From an uncultured delta proteobacterium (GTDB taxonomy: Bacteria > Myxococcota > Myxococcia > Myxococcales > Anaeromyxobacteraceae): 64,000 bases of DNA. The position numbers and the translations under genes are program-made. The DNA lies in contig CAWFDF010000012.1 of assembly GCA_963814585.1 (NCBI GenBank), positions 96,001 through 160,000 on the forward strand, in the 5' to 3' direction. Each line of letters opens with the position of its first letter. Position 1 is the stretch's first letter. The notes beneath the pieces are model-generated. The model worked only from the letters and a program-made list of their open reading frames with translations. It did no database searches and had not been told where the DNA came from. Below are positions 33,053 through 42,543 of this stretch, one piece after another.

Positions 33053-33901
33053 CTACTTCTTCTTCGGTGGCGCCTTCTTGGCCGGGAAGAGCTCGGCGAG
33101 CCGGGCCCTGGCCTTCCTGGCCGCGTCGGACCTGGGGTACTCGGCGATGAGCTGCTCCAGCACGCCCCTGGCGTCGTCCTTCCGATCGAGCTGGACCAGC
33201 CCCTCGGCCACCTGCAGCAGCGCCTCCGGCGCGCGCTCCGACTTCGGGTAGTCCTCGGCCACCTTGCCGAAGACCACCACCGCCTCCCGCCACTTGCCCT
33301 GCTCGGCCAGCAGGTGCCCGGCCCGGAACGCCGCCTCCGGCGCCTTCTCGTCGCGCGGCCAGCGCTTCACGAAGTGGAGGTAGATCTCGCGAGCTACGCC
33401 CTTGTCGCCGCTGGCCTCGGCCTGCTGCCCCAGCGCCAGGACGGCGGCGCGATCGTCCGGTTTGGCCAGCTCGGCGATCCTCTGCCGGGCCATGGCCTCG
33501 TCGAGCGCCCCGGTCCCCTTGAGCGACGCCAGCCGAGCCTCGGTCTCCTTCCCGGCCTCGGCCACCTGGCGCTGGAGCTGGGCCTGGTGGTGCGCCTGCG
33601 CCTCCAGGTCGCCCCTCACCCTGGCCAGCTCGTCGCCGAGCCTGCTCACGGCCACGCCGAGATCGGCCCCCTTGGCCCTCGACACGGAGTTGAGCTCGTC
33701 GAGCTTGACCTGGACCTCGCGCAGCTTCTTGTCGACGAGGCGGACCTGGGCGTCCAGCACCTGGGCCTGCTCCTTGGTCTCGACCTCCAGGCGCTGGATG
33801 CGGGCCTCCATCAGCCGGCCCTTCTCGAGCGGGACCCAGCAGCCGGTGGCGGCCACCAGCAGCGCGGGCGCCGCCAGGCGGCGCATGGCGGCGAGGCGCA
33901 T
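33053..33901 (-). CDS. cpoB: CpoB/YbgF-like coiled-coil plus TPR lipoprotein
   Basis: ATGC lipobox, coiled coil, YPKSERAPEALL, YPRSDAA; downstream of pal. Confidence 0.78.
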   Translation of the reverse strand: MRLAAMRRLAAPALLVAATGCWVPLEKGRLMEARIQRLEVETKEQAQVLDAQVRLVDKKLREVQVKLDELNSVSRAKGADLGVAVSRLGDELARVRGDLEAQAHHQAQLQRQVAEAGKETEARLASLKGTGALDEAMARQRIAELAKPDDRAAVLALGQQAEASGDKGVAREIYLHFVKRWPRDEKAPEAAFRAGHLLAEQGKWREAVVVFGKVAEDYPKSERAPEALLQVAEGLVQLDRKDDARGVLEQLIAEYPRSDAARKARARLAELFPAKKAPPKKK

Positions 33902-33906
33902 CGCGA

Positions 33907-34569
33907 TCAGCGCTCGATCTTCGACTCGGCGCGCCGGTTCCTGGCCCAGCAGGCGTCGGTGGCCTCGCGGCAGATCGGCAGCTCCTTGCCGAAGGTGGTG
34001 GTGTCGATGCGGCCGGAGACCCCGAGATCGACCAGGTACTTCTTCACCGACTCGGCCCGCTTCTTCCCGAGCGCGAGGTTGTACTGGGTGGTGCCGCGGT
34101 TGTCGCAGTGACCGTCGACCTGCACCCGCCGGGCCGGCGACCTGGTGAGGCAGGCGGCGAGCTTCTGCAGCGCGGCCGCCGAGTCCCCGGCGATCGACGA
34201 CTGGTCGAACTCGAAGTGGGCGGTGAAGGCCGAGGGGTCGGCGCAGGCCGGATCGACGGTGCTCACGCAGGCACCGCCCTGGCAGGCCTTGCCGCTGCCG
34301 CAGTCGGCGTCGGCGACGCACTCGGGCTTGGGGGCGGCGGCGACCGGGGCGGGCTTGGGCTCGCACTTGTTGGCCTGGCAGGTGAACCCCTCCTTGCAGT
34401 CGGTGTCGGCGGCGCACTCGACGCACTGGCCCGACAGGCAGATCTTCCCGAAACCGGCCTGGGCCTCGCAGTCCTTGGCGGACTTGCACTCCCCGTTCTT
34501 GGGGGGAGACGGGCAGGCGGTGAGGACGGCGACGAGGGCAAGAGCGGCAAGGCCTGAGGCGCGACGCAT
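33907..34569 (-). CDS. pal: Peptidoglycan-associated lipoprotein (OmpA/Pal domain) with Cys-rich repeats
   Basis: LTAC lipobox; FEFDQS, GHCDNRGTTQYNLALGKKRA, NRRAE. Confidence 0.85.
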   Translation of the reverse strand: MRRASGLAALALVAVLTACPSPPKNGECKSAKDCEAQAGFGKICLSGQCVECAADTDCKEGFTCQANKCEPKPAPVAAAPKPECVADADCGSGKACQGGACVSTVDPACADPSAFTAHFEFDQSSIAGDSAAALQKLAACLTRSPARRVQVDGHCDNRGTTQYNLALGKKRAESVKKYLVDLGVSGRIDTTTFGKELPICREATDACWARNRRAESKIER

Positions 34570-34731
34570 GGGTGAACCTCCAGGGGGCGGTGGGGTGAGG
34601 TGGTGCGAACCCTTGTATCTTCCTCCAGAAGTACGCCTGTCAAAGGAATTCCTGCCACCTCCCGATCCTTCTTCCCTGGAGCCGGGAAAGATTGAGCACC
34701 CCCCGCCCCGGCGCTAAGGTGCCGCCCCACC

Positions 34732-37354
34732 GTGTCCCCGACCAGCCGCCGCCGCCTGCGCCGCCTCCTCGCCGCCCTCGCGGCGCTCATGGCCCTCGCC
34801 CTGGCCCTGGGCGGCCTGGTGGCCTGGACCTGGACCCGCGAGCTGCCGGCCTTCGACACCCTGAAGGACTACCGGCCCCTGGTGGCCAGCCGGGCGCTGG
34901 GGAGCGACGGCAGCGAGGTCTTCTCCTTCGCCCGCGAGCGCCGCACCGTGGTGCCGATCGAGCAGGTCCCCGACGTGCTGAAGCAGGCGGTCATCTCCTC
35001 CGAGGACGCCCGCTTCTACCAGCACGAGGGGATCAACTACCTGGCCATGCTCCGCTGCGTGGTTCGCGGGGTGCTGGGCGGCCGGATTCGCTGTGGCGGC
35101 TCGACCATCACGCAGCAGGTGGTGAAGACGTTCCTGCTCTCCCATGACTGGAAGTACAAGCGCAAGGTGAAGGAGCTGGTGCTCGCCCCTCGGCTCGAGC
35201 AGAACCTGAAGAAGGACGAGATCCTGTGGCTCTACCTGAACCAGATCTACTTCGGGCACCGGCGCTACGGCGTCGAGGAGGCGAGCCGGTACTACTTCGG
35301 CAAGCCGGTCGCGGAGCTGGCGCTGGGCGAGGCGGCGGTGCTGGCCGGGACCATCCAGTCCCCGGCGCGCCTCTCGCCCGTCTCGCACCCCGAGGCGGCC
35401 AAGGCCCGGCAGGCCTACGTGCTCAGGCGGATGGCCGAGGACGGGCACATCTCCGCCGAGCAGGCCGAGGCCGAGATCGCCCGGCCCATCGCCGTGGCGC
35501 CGCCCGAGCCCGAGCCTCCCGGAGCCTCGTACTCCGACGTGGTCCGCCAGTACCTGGACGCCCGCTACGGCGCCGACCGGGTCGAGACCGACGGGCTGGT
35601 GGTCAAGGTGGCCATGGACCCGGCCATGCAACGCCACGCCGAGGCGGCGCTGGAGGCCGACCTGCGGCTGGTGGACCGGCGCCAGGGCTGGCGTGGGCCG
35701 CTGCTCACCCTCACGCCGGAGCAGCTCTCCACCGCCCTCCCGGCCTGGCGGGAGCGCCTGGCGACGGCCGCGGCGCGCGGCGGGCAGGTGCTGGTCTGGG
35801 ACCTGGCCTCGGTCGCCCCGGACGATCTCGATCCCGAGTCCGACCCGGCGTCGCCCGACCTGCGCCGGATGATCCGGATACGACCGCTCGCCGCCGACGG
35901 CCTCGTCGCCGCCCTGGTCACCGCCGTCGACGACAGGAAGGCCTGGCTCGACCTCGGCGGCGCCACCGGCGTCATCCCGCTCTCCGATCCTCGGCTGGGC
36001 CCGGAAGTGGAACCCGGCCAGCGGCACCGCCACGCCGCGCAGCGCCAGGCAGGTGCTGGCGGTGGGGGACGTGGTGCTGGCGCGGGTCCTGCCCACGGCC
36101 ACGCCACCCGAGGCGGTGGCGCGGGCCGGCCGGCCGCTCGCCCTGTCGCTGGAGCAGCGCCCTCGGGTCCAGGGAGCGCTGGTGGCCATCGACCCGTCCT
36201 CCCGGCAGGTCCGGGCCCTGGTGGGCGGGTCCGGCGCCCTCCGCTCGCAGTTCAACCGGGCCACCCAGGCCAGGCGCCAGCCGGGCAGCTCGTTCAAGGC
36301 CTTCGTCTGGGGGGCGGCCATCGAGTCGCGCCGCTTCACGCCGGCCACCCTGGTGTACGACACGCCCGACCTCTACCGCGACCCGTGGACCGGAAAGGAG
36401 TGGAAGCCGCGCAACTTCGAGCGGGACCAGTTCGACGGGCCCATGCTGCTGAAGAGCGCGCTGGCCCACTCCAAGAACACCGTGGCCGTGAAGCTGACCG
36501 AGGTCCTGGGCCCGGACGCGGTGATCGACTTCGCCCGTCGCATGGGCATCGAGAGCGAACTGCCGCGAAACCTGACGCTGGCGCTCGGCACCGGCGAGGT
36601 GACGCCGCTGGAGCTGACCAACGCCTACGCCAGCATCGCGGCGCAGGGGCGCCACCTGCCTCCCGCCTTCGTGCTGGAGGTGAGCGATCGCGACGGGAAC
36701 GTGCTGGAGACCTGGCAGCCACCCACCGAGGCCCCGGCGCCGCTCCCCATCGACGCCGCCCCGCTGCGCCCCGGGGACCTGCCGACGGCCGGCGGCGACG
36801 GCGCTCCGCCCGGGCCCGGCGCGACTCCCGCCGACGACGGCGCGCCAGCGCCCGACTTCACCATCCCCGCCACCGGCACCAGGCCCGAGGTGGCCTTCGT
36901 CCTCCACGACATGCTGCGCGAGGTGGTGGAGAGCGGCACCGGCGTCGGCGCCAAGGCGCTGGGGCGACCGACCGCCGCCAAGACCGGGACCGCCCAGGAG
37001 CACCGCGACGCCTGGTTCGTCGGCTACACGCCCGACCTGGTGGCCGGGGTCTGGATCGGCTTTGACGACCACGGGCCGCTCGGGCCGAAGGAGACCGGTG
37101 CCGGCGCGGCCCTGCCGGGCTGGCTGGCCTTCATGCAGGCGGCGCTGGGTGACGGGCCGCCGATCGACTTCCTGGCGCCAGAGGGCGTCCAGTTCGCCCG
37201 CATCGACGCGGCCACCGGCCTCCTGGCGGCGGAGCCGGCGGCGGGACAGCCGGAGGCGCCGCCCATGAGCTTCGTGGCCGGCACGGCGCCGACCCAGGCC
37301 GTCGGCGCCAGGAAGGTCAGCCCACCCCAGAACTTCTTCCTCGACGACCGGTGA
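34732..37354 (+). CDS. mrcA: Penicillin-binding protein 1A, one +1 frameshift near 35989 (probable consensus error)
   Basis: EDARF, GGSTITQQ, RKVKE in frame 1; RQPGSSFK, SKN, KTGT in frame 2. Confidence 0.88.
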
Positions 37355-37363
37355 GCCGCCTCG

Positions 37364-39043
37364 TCACTTGACCGGCGTGGCCCGCAGCGCCGCCTTGCCC
37401 TCCTTCACGTAGACGCTGAAGCGGACGGTCCGGCAGGCGTGCTTCTCGACCAGCTGCTGCTTGTTCTTCTCCAGCTTGGGGCGGAAGCGCTCGTAGCCGA
37501 GCCCTTCGACCGTCTCGCCGCACTGGGCCCGGACCCGCAGGAACTCTGCGTGAACGGCGCGCCAGTGGTCGTCCTCGCTCTCCTCGGTGGCCGCCGGTGG
37601 CGTGGCCGCCTGGAACACCGACGTGGAGGTCGGCCGGGCCGGCGGTCGGGGCGGCGGCGAGACCGGGGGAGGTGGCGCCGCCGGCTCGAGGGCCGAGATC
37701 GAGAAGCCGGTGCCGCCCGTGATCTTGGCGGAGCCGTCGCGCGCCTCGGGGGCCCCGGGATCCCTGGTCGCCTGGGCCGGCTCGGGGGCCGCTGGGGGGG
37801 GGAAGGTGAAGCTCGGCTCGCTCGGCAGGTTGAACCTGGGCGCCCCCGGCTCGGCCGAGAACGGGTCGCCGGTGGCGAGCCGGACGGCGCCGGCCTCGGC
37901 GGCCGCGGCGGCCTTGTTGAGCGCGCCCGCGACCGTGCCCAGCGCGCCGAGGAACTCCGGGGCCCGGGCCGAGAAGTCGCCCCGCTCGACCTTCGTGGCG
38001 GCCGCCACCAGCGACGCCGGCATGGCGGGGAGCACCTCGGTCTTGACCAGCACGCCGAGCAGCAGCCCGACCACCAGGAGCGCCGTGAGGACGGTGAGCA
38101 GCGTCCACTGGTAACGCGCCAGGTCGCTGAAGTAGCGGACGGTCGGGACCGAGAGGATGAAGAAGCCCCTGGCGACCCCGGAGAGCGGCACCGCCACCGC
38201 CCGCGCCGCCGGCGCCTTGACGAAGAGCACCGGGACTCGGAGCTTGACGGGGTCCTCCAGCAGCACCGGCGGCGCCGTGCCCTCGCTGATGGGCACCTTG
38301 GGCAGCACGGTGGCGCTCCTGGCCAGGCGCAGGGCCAGCTCGGGGTCGGTGGTGGTCACCAGCTGCGGGGTGCCGGCGTCGAGGGTGACGTCGATGCCAC
38401 TGGCGGTGGACAGGTTCCTGGCCCACTGGAGGTCGAGCGGGAGGAAGAGCGCCAGGGCCGCCCCCTCCCCGGCCGGATAGGCCACCGCGTACCAGAGCCC
38501 ATCGTTGACGTGGGCGTAGCCGCGGCGCGGCGTGCCGGAGGCGGCGTCGCGCAGGAAGCCGGCCGCCTCCCTTCGCTGTGGATCCTGCAAGGCCTCCGGC
38601 ATCCTGTTCCTGACCCACTCCTGGTTGGCCACGCCCCAGAAGGCCTTGGAGGGCAGCGTGATGCCGAGCCTGGAGGCGGCCTCCTCGACCGCCGTCCGCG
38701 CCGCCTCCTCGCTGGCGGCCCAGCGCGCCTCGCTCTCGCCGGCGTCGCCCCGGGCCGGGGGCGCCTTGCCCTTCTTGCCTCCCGCCGGGCTGGAGCGTGG
38801 CGGCGAGGCGAAGAGCGCCTCCAGCAGGCCGGCGTTCTTGACCGCCAGTCCGGCGACGGCGGCCGCCTCGCTCGCCATCAGGCGCTCGGCGTCGCGCAGG
38901 TGGGCGGCGCCGACCTGGAGACCGCCGTCGGCCTCCCGGATCGACCGGGCAGCGAGATCTCGGGTGAGGCCGAGGAGGTGGGTCACCCCGGCCACGGCGA
39001 AGAGGAGGACGTACAGCCAGAGCTTGAGCCGGTTCCGGTTCAT
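37364..39043 (-). CDS. Myxobacterial membrane protein with MXAN_5187-type C-terminal domain
   Basis: 2 TM, HAMP-like segment, Pro-rich linker, C-terminal CGE..VRFSVYVKEGKAALRATP. Confidence 0.75.
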   Translation of the reverse strand: MNRNRLKLWLYVLLFAVAGVTHLLGLTRDLAARSIREADGGLQVGAAHLRDAERLMASEAAAVAGLAVKNAGLLEALFASPPRSSPAGGKKGKAPPARGDAGESEARWAASEEAARTAVEEAASRLGITLPSKAFWGVANQEWVRNRMPEALQDPQRREAAGFLRDAASGTPRRGYAHVNDGLWYAVAYPAGEGAALALFLPLDLQWARNLSTASGIDVTLDAGTPQLVTTTDPELALRLARSATVLPKVPISEGTAPPVLLEDPVKLRVPVLFVKAPAARAVAVPLSGVARGFFILSVPTVRYFSDLARYQWTLLTVLTALLVVGLLLGVLVKTEVLPAMPASLVAAATKVERGDFSARAPEFLGALGTVAGALNKAAAAAEAGAVRLATGDPFSAEPGAPRFNLPSEPSFTFPPPAAPEPAQATRDPGAPEARDGSAKITGGTGFSISALEPAAPPPPVSPPPRPPARPTSTSVFQAATPPAATEESEDDHWRAVHAEFLRVRAQCGETVEGLGYERFRPKLEKNKQQLVEKHACRTVRFSVYVKEGKAALRATPVK

Positions 39044-39197
39044 GGAGGTGGCATTTTATCCCACCCCGGGGAACGGGGCGAGCAACGTCCCGGAGTCCGG
39101 CACCCCGGACGTCACGAAGTGGCGGATCCAGCCTCCCTTCACCGTCGACACCCGGCCCCGCCCCATGGGGGCCGCCGCCCCCCCCGGAGAGCCATTC

Positions 39198-41282
39198 ATG
39201 AAGCGATACCTCGTCGCCACCCTCCTCGCCGGCCCGGCGCTCGTCCACGCCGACGAGGGGATGTGGACCTTCAACAACTTCCCCAAGGACCGGGTCGAGC
39301 AGGCCTACGGCGTGAAGGTCACCGACGCCTGGCTCGACGACGTCCGGCTCTCCACGGCCCGCCTCGCCCAGGGCTGCTCGGCCAGCTTCGTCTCGGAGCG
39401 CGGCCTGGTGATGACCAACCACCACTGCGCCCACAACTGCATCGAGCAGCTCTCCACCAGGGAGAAGGACCTCGTCAAGTCCGGCTTCCTCGCCAGGGCC
39501 GAGGCCGACGAGGTGAGGTGCCCCGCCCTGGAGGTGAACCAGCTGGTCGGGATCACCGACGTGACGGCCCGGATGAAGAAGGCGACCGAGGGGAAGAGCG
39601 GCCGCGAGTTCTTCACGGCCCAGCGCGCCGAGCAGTCGGCCATCGAGAAGGCCTGCCAGACCACCGACACGCTCCGCTGCGAGGTGGTCAGCCTCTACCG
39701 CGGCGGCGTCTACGATCTCTACAGGTACCAGCGCTTCCAGGACGTGCGCCTGGTCTTCGCCCCCGAGTTCGACATCGCCTTCTTCGGCGGCGACCCCGAC
39801 AACTTCACCTTCCCCCGCCATGACCTCGACGTGGCCTTCGTCCGGGCCTACGAGGGAGGCCGGCCGGCCAGGATGAAGAACTGGCTGCGCTGGTCGGCGG
39901 CTGGCGCCAAGGACGGGGAGCTGACCTTCGTGGCCGGCAACCCGGGCGGCACCAGCCGCATGCTCACCGTGGCGCAGCTCGAGTACCTGCGCGACACCGC
40001 CCTGCCGGAGCGGCTGGTCGCCCTGGCCGAGAGCCGCGGCCGGCTCGCCGAGTACGCCCACCGCGGCGAGGAGCAGGCCCGTCACTCCAAGGCCAGGCTC
40101 TTCTACGTGGAGAACAGCCTCAAGGCCCTCACCGGCCGGCTCGAGGCGCTGCAGGACAAGGCCTTCTTCGAGTCGAAGGTGAAGGCCGAGGCCGACTTCA
40201 AGGCGGCGCTGGCGAGGGATCCGGAGCAGGCGAAGCGGGTTGTGCCCGCCTTCGACGACGTGGCCAGGGCGGTGGCCGAACAGAAGGGCCTGCGCCGGCA
40301 GCTCGAGTTCAAGGAGCGGATGGGCGGAGGGACGCTGCTGGGCGTGGCCCGCAAGCTGGTCCGCGGCGCCACCGAGCGGGCCAAGCCCAACCCGGAGAGG
40401 CTCCGCGAGTACGGCGACGCGGCGCTGCCGCAGCTGACCCAGGGGCTCTTCTCGCCCGCGCCGGTCCACCCCGAGTTCGAGATCTTCGAGCTCACCCACT
40501 TCTTCACCAGGATGCGGGAGAAGCTGGGCGCCGACGATCCGTTCGTGAGGAAGGCGCTGGGCCAGAGGTCGCCGGCCGAGCTGGCCGAGGAGCTGGTCAA
40601 GGGCACCCGGCTGGCCGACGTGGCGGTCCGCAAGAAGCTCTGGGAGGGCGGAGGCGCGGCGATCGACGGGGCCGCCGCGACCGACACCATGATCGCCTTC
40701 GCGCGGCGCATCGACGCCGATGGCCGCGCCGTCCGGAGGACCAGCGAGGAGACCATCGAACCGCTGCTGGTGAGGAGCCAGGAGCTGATCGCCCAGGCCC
40801 ACTTCGCCCTGGAGGGGACCAGCACCTACCCGGACGCAACCTTCACCCCCCGCCTCTCCTATGGGTCCGTGCAGGGGTACGTGCAGGACGGCAGGCGGGT
40901 GGCCCCGTTCACCACCCTGGGGGGTGCCTTCGACCGGGCCACCGGCCGCGAGCCGTTCGCGCTGCCGAGGTCGTGGCTCGACGCCAGGGCGAAGCTCGAC
41001 CCGAGGACGCCCTTCAACTTCGTCACCAGCAACGACATCATCGGCGGCAACTCCGGCTCGCCGGTCATCAACGCCAGGGGCGAGGTGGTCGGCCTGGTCT
41101 TCGACGGCAACATCCAGTCGCTGGGCGGTGACTATGGCTTCGACGCCTCCGTCAACCGCACCGTCTCGGTCCACTCGTCGGCCATCATCGAGGCGCTCGA
41201 CACGATCTACGGCGCCAGGCGGATCCTCGACGAGCTGAAGGCCGGGCGGACCGTCCCCGGGCCGAAGCCGGGCCAGAGCTAG
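39198..41282 (+). CDS. S46 family dipeptidyl peptidase
   Basis: ADEGMW, TNHHC, GGDPDNFTFPRH, YPDATFTPRLSYG, DIIGGNSGSPV. Confidence 0.93.
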   Translation: MKRYLVATLLAGPALVHADEGMWTFNNFPKDRVEQAYGVKVTDAWLDDVRLSTARLAQGCSASFVSERGLVMTNHHCAHNCIEQLSTREKDLVKSGFLARAEADEVRCPALEVNQLVGITDVTARMKKATEGKSGREFFTAQRAEQSAIEKACQTTDTLRCEVVSLYRGGVYDLYRYQRFQDVRLVFAPEFDIAFFGGDPDNFTFPRHDLDVAFVRAYEGGRPARMKNWLRWSAAGAKDGELTFVAGNPGGTSRMLTVAQLEYLRDTALPERLVALAESRGRLAEYAHRGEEQARHSKARLFYVENSLKALTGRLEALQDKAFFESKVKAEADFKAALARDPEQAKRVVPAFDDVARAVAEQKGLRRQLEFKERMGGGTLLGVARKLVRGATERAKPNPERLREYGDAALPQLTQGLFSPAPVHPEFEIFELTHFFTRMREKLGADDPFVRKALGQRSPAELAEELVKGTRLADVAVRKKLWEGGGAAIDGAAATDTMIAFARRIDADGRAVRRTSEETIEPLLVRSQELIAQAHFALEGTSTYPDATFTPRLSYGSVQGYVQDGRRVAPFTTLGGAFDRATGREPFALPRSWLDARAKLDPRTPFNFVTSNDIIGGNSGSPVINARGEVVGLVFDGNIQSLGGDYGFDASVNRTVSVHSSAIIEALDTIYGARRILDELKAGRTVPGPKPGQS

Positions 41283-41287
41283 CCGCT

Positions 41288-41409
41288 CCGCTCAGGCGTC
41301 GCGCGGCACCGCGGACGGCAGCGCGGGCCGCCGCGCCGCTCAGGCGTCGCGCGGCACCGCGGACGGCAGCGCGGGCCGCCGCGCCGCTCAGGCGTCGCGC
41401 GGCACCGCG
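41288..41409. repeat. 48-bp perfect tandem repeat (2.5 copies) containing the nadA 3' end
   Basis: CCGCTCAGGCGTCGCGCGGCACCGCGGACGGCAGCGCGGGCCGCCGCG starting at 41288, 41336 and 41384 (last copy partial). Confidence 0.95.
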
Positions 41410-42392
41410 ATCATCCGTTCCAGCGCCCGCCTCGCCCCGTCGGCCACGTCGGCCGGCACCGTGATCTCGTGCTTGCCGCGCTGCAAGGCGTCGCGGATCA
41501 TCTCCAGGTCCACCATCTTCATGTACGGGCAGTGCATGCGACAGCCGATGCAGCCGTCGGCGATGACGAACTCCTTGCCCGGCCACCGCTGCTTCATCTG
41601 GTGGAGGATGCCGTGCTCGGTGGCGACGATGAAGGTCTTCGCCTCCGGATGTCTGCCGACCGCGCCGATCATGGCCGTGGTGGAGCAGATCTCGTCGGCG
41701 ATCTCCAGCACGTCGGCGCGGCACTCGGGGTGGGCGATGACCACCGCCAGCGGCCGCTCGCCCTTCACCTTGTTGACGCTGGCGCTGCGCAGCACGTCGT
41801 GGACCGGGCAGCAGCCGTCGTAGACCACGATCTCCTTCTCCGGCACCTTCGACTTCACCCAGGCCCCGAGGTTCCGGTCGGGGGTGAACAGGATCTTCCG
41901 CTGCGGCAGCGACCGGACCACGCTGGCGGCGTTGGCGCTGGTGCAGCAGATGTCGGAGAGCGCCTTCACCTCGGCGCTGGAGTTGACGTAGGTGACCACC
42001 GCGTGGCCGGGGTAGCGCGCCTTCCAGTCCTCCAGCGACTCGGCGGTGATCGAGTCGGCCAGCGAGCAGCCGGCCGAGAGGTTGGGGAGCAGCACCCGCT
42101 TGGCTGGCGCCAGCACCTTGGCCGACTCGGCCATGAAGTGGACGCCGCAGAAGACGATGGTCGACTGCTTCACCTGGCGGCCGGTGATGGCGAGCTGGAG
42201 CGAGTCGCCCACCTGGTCGGCGACCCGCTGCACCTCGGGGAGCTGGTAGTTGTGGGCCAGGATGACGGCGTCCTGGGCCCGGGCCAGCTCGCGGATCTCG
42301 GCCTCCAGCTCTGCCACCGCCGCCGGCGAGAGATCGCTGCCGGCCTCCGGGTAGGCGACCGGATCGTGGACGGGGCTGACGGGCAAGCTCAT
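41388..42392 (-). CDS. nadA: Quinolinate synthase
   Basis: ILAHNYQ, GDSL, CGVHFMAES, AGCSLA, YVNS, CCTSAN, AHPEC, CPYMK. Confidence 0.96.
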   Translation of the reverse strand: MSLPVSPVHDPVAYPEAGSDLSPAAVAELEAEIRELARAQDAVILAHNYQLPEVQRVADQVGDSLQLAITGRQVKQSTIVFCGVHFMAESAKVLAPAKRVLLPNLSAGCSLADSITAESLEDWKARYPGHAVVTYVNSSAEVKALSDICCTSANAASVVRSLPQRKILFTPDRNLGAWVKSKVPEKEIVVYDGCCPVHDVLRSASVNKVKGERPLAVVIAHPECRADVLEIADEICSTTAMIGAVGRHPEAKTFIVATEHGILHQMKQRWPGKEFVIADGCIGCRMHCPYMKMVDLEMIRDALQRGKHEITVPADVADGARRALERMIAVPRDA

Positions 42393-42543
42393 TCGTCCTC
42401 CTGGGACCGGCGGAAGTATCCGTCCCGGGGCGCCGCGGGCGCAAGGCCCCCGGGGCGCGGGGGAATCCAGCCGGTCCAGGGAAATCCGGCCTTGCCGGGT
42501 ATCGCGGCGCCATGCCACGGTGGCCCCCGAGGAGAGGACCCCG

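Noticed and set aside
41288..41409. CRISPR-like look (26-bp repeat x3 with 22-bp spacers)
   Set aside because: Spacers are identical, the repeat is the nadA 3' end, and no cas genes are present
42393..42543. NAD+ riboswitch upstream of nadA
   Set aside because: Short divergent spacer with no aptamer I can recognise; an Rfam scan would be needed
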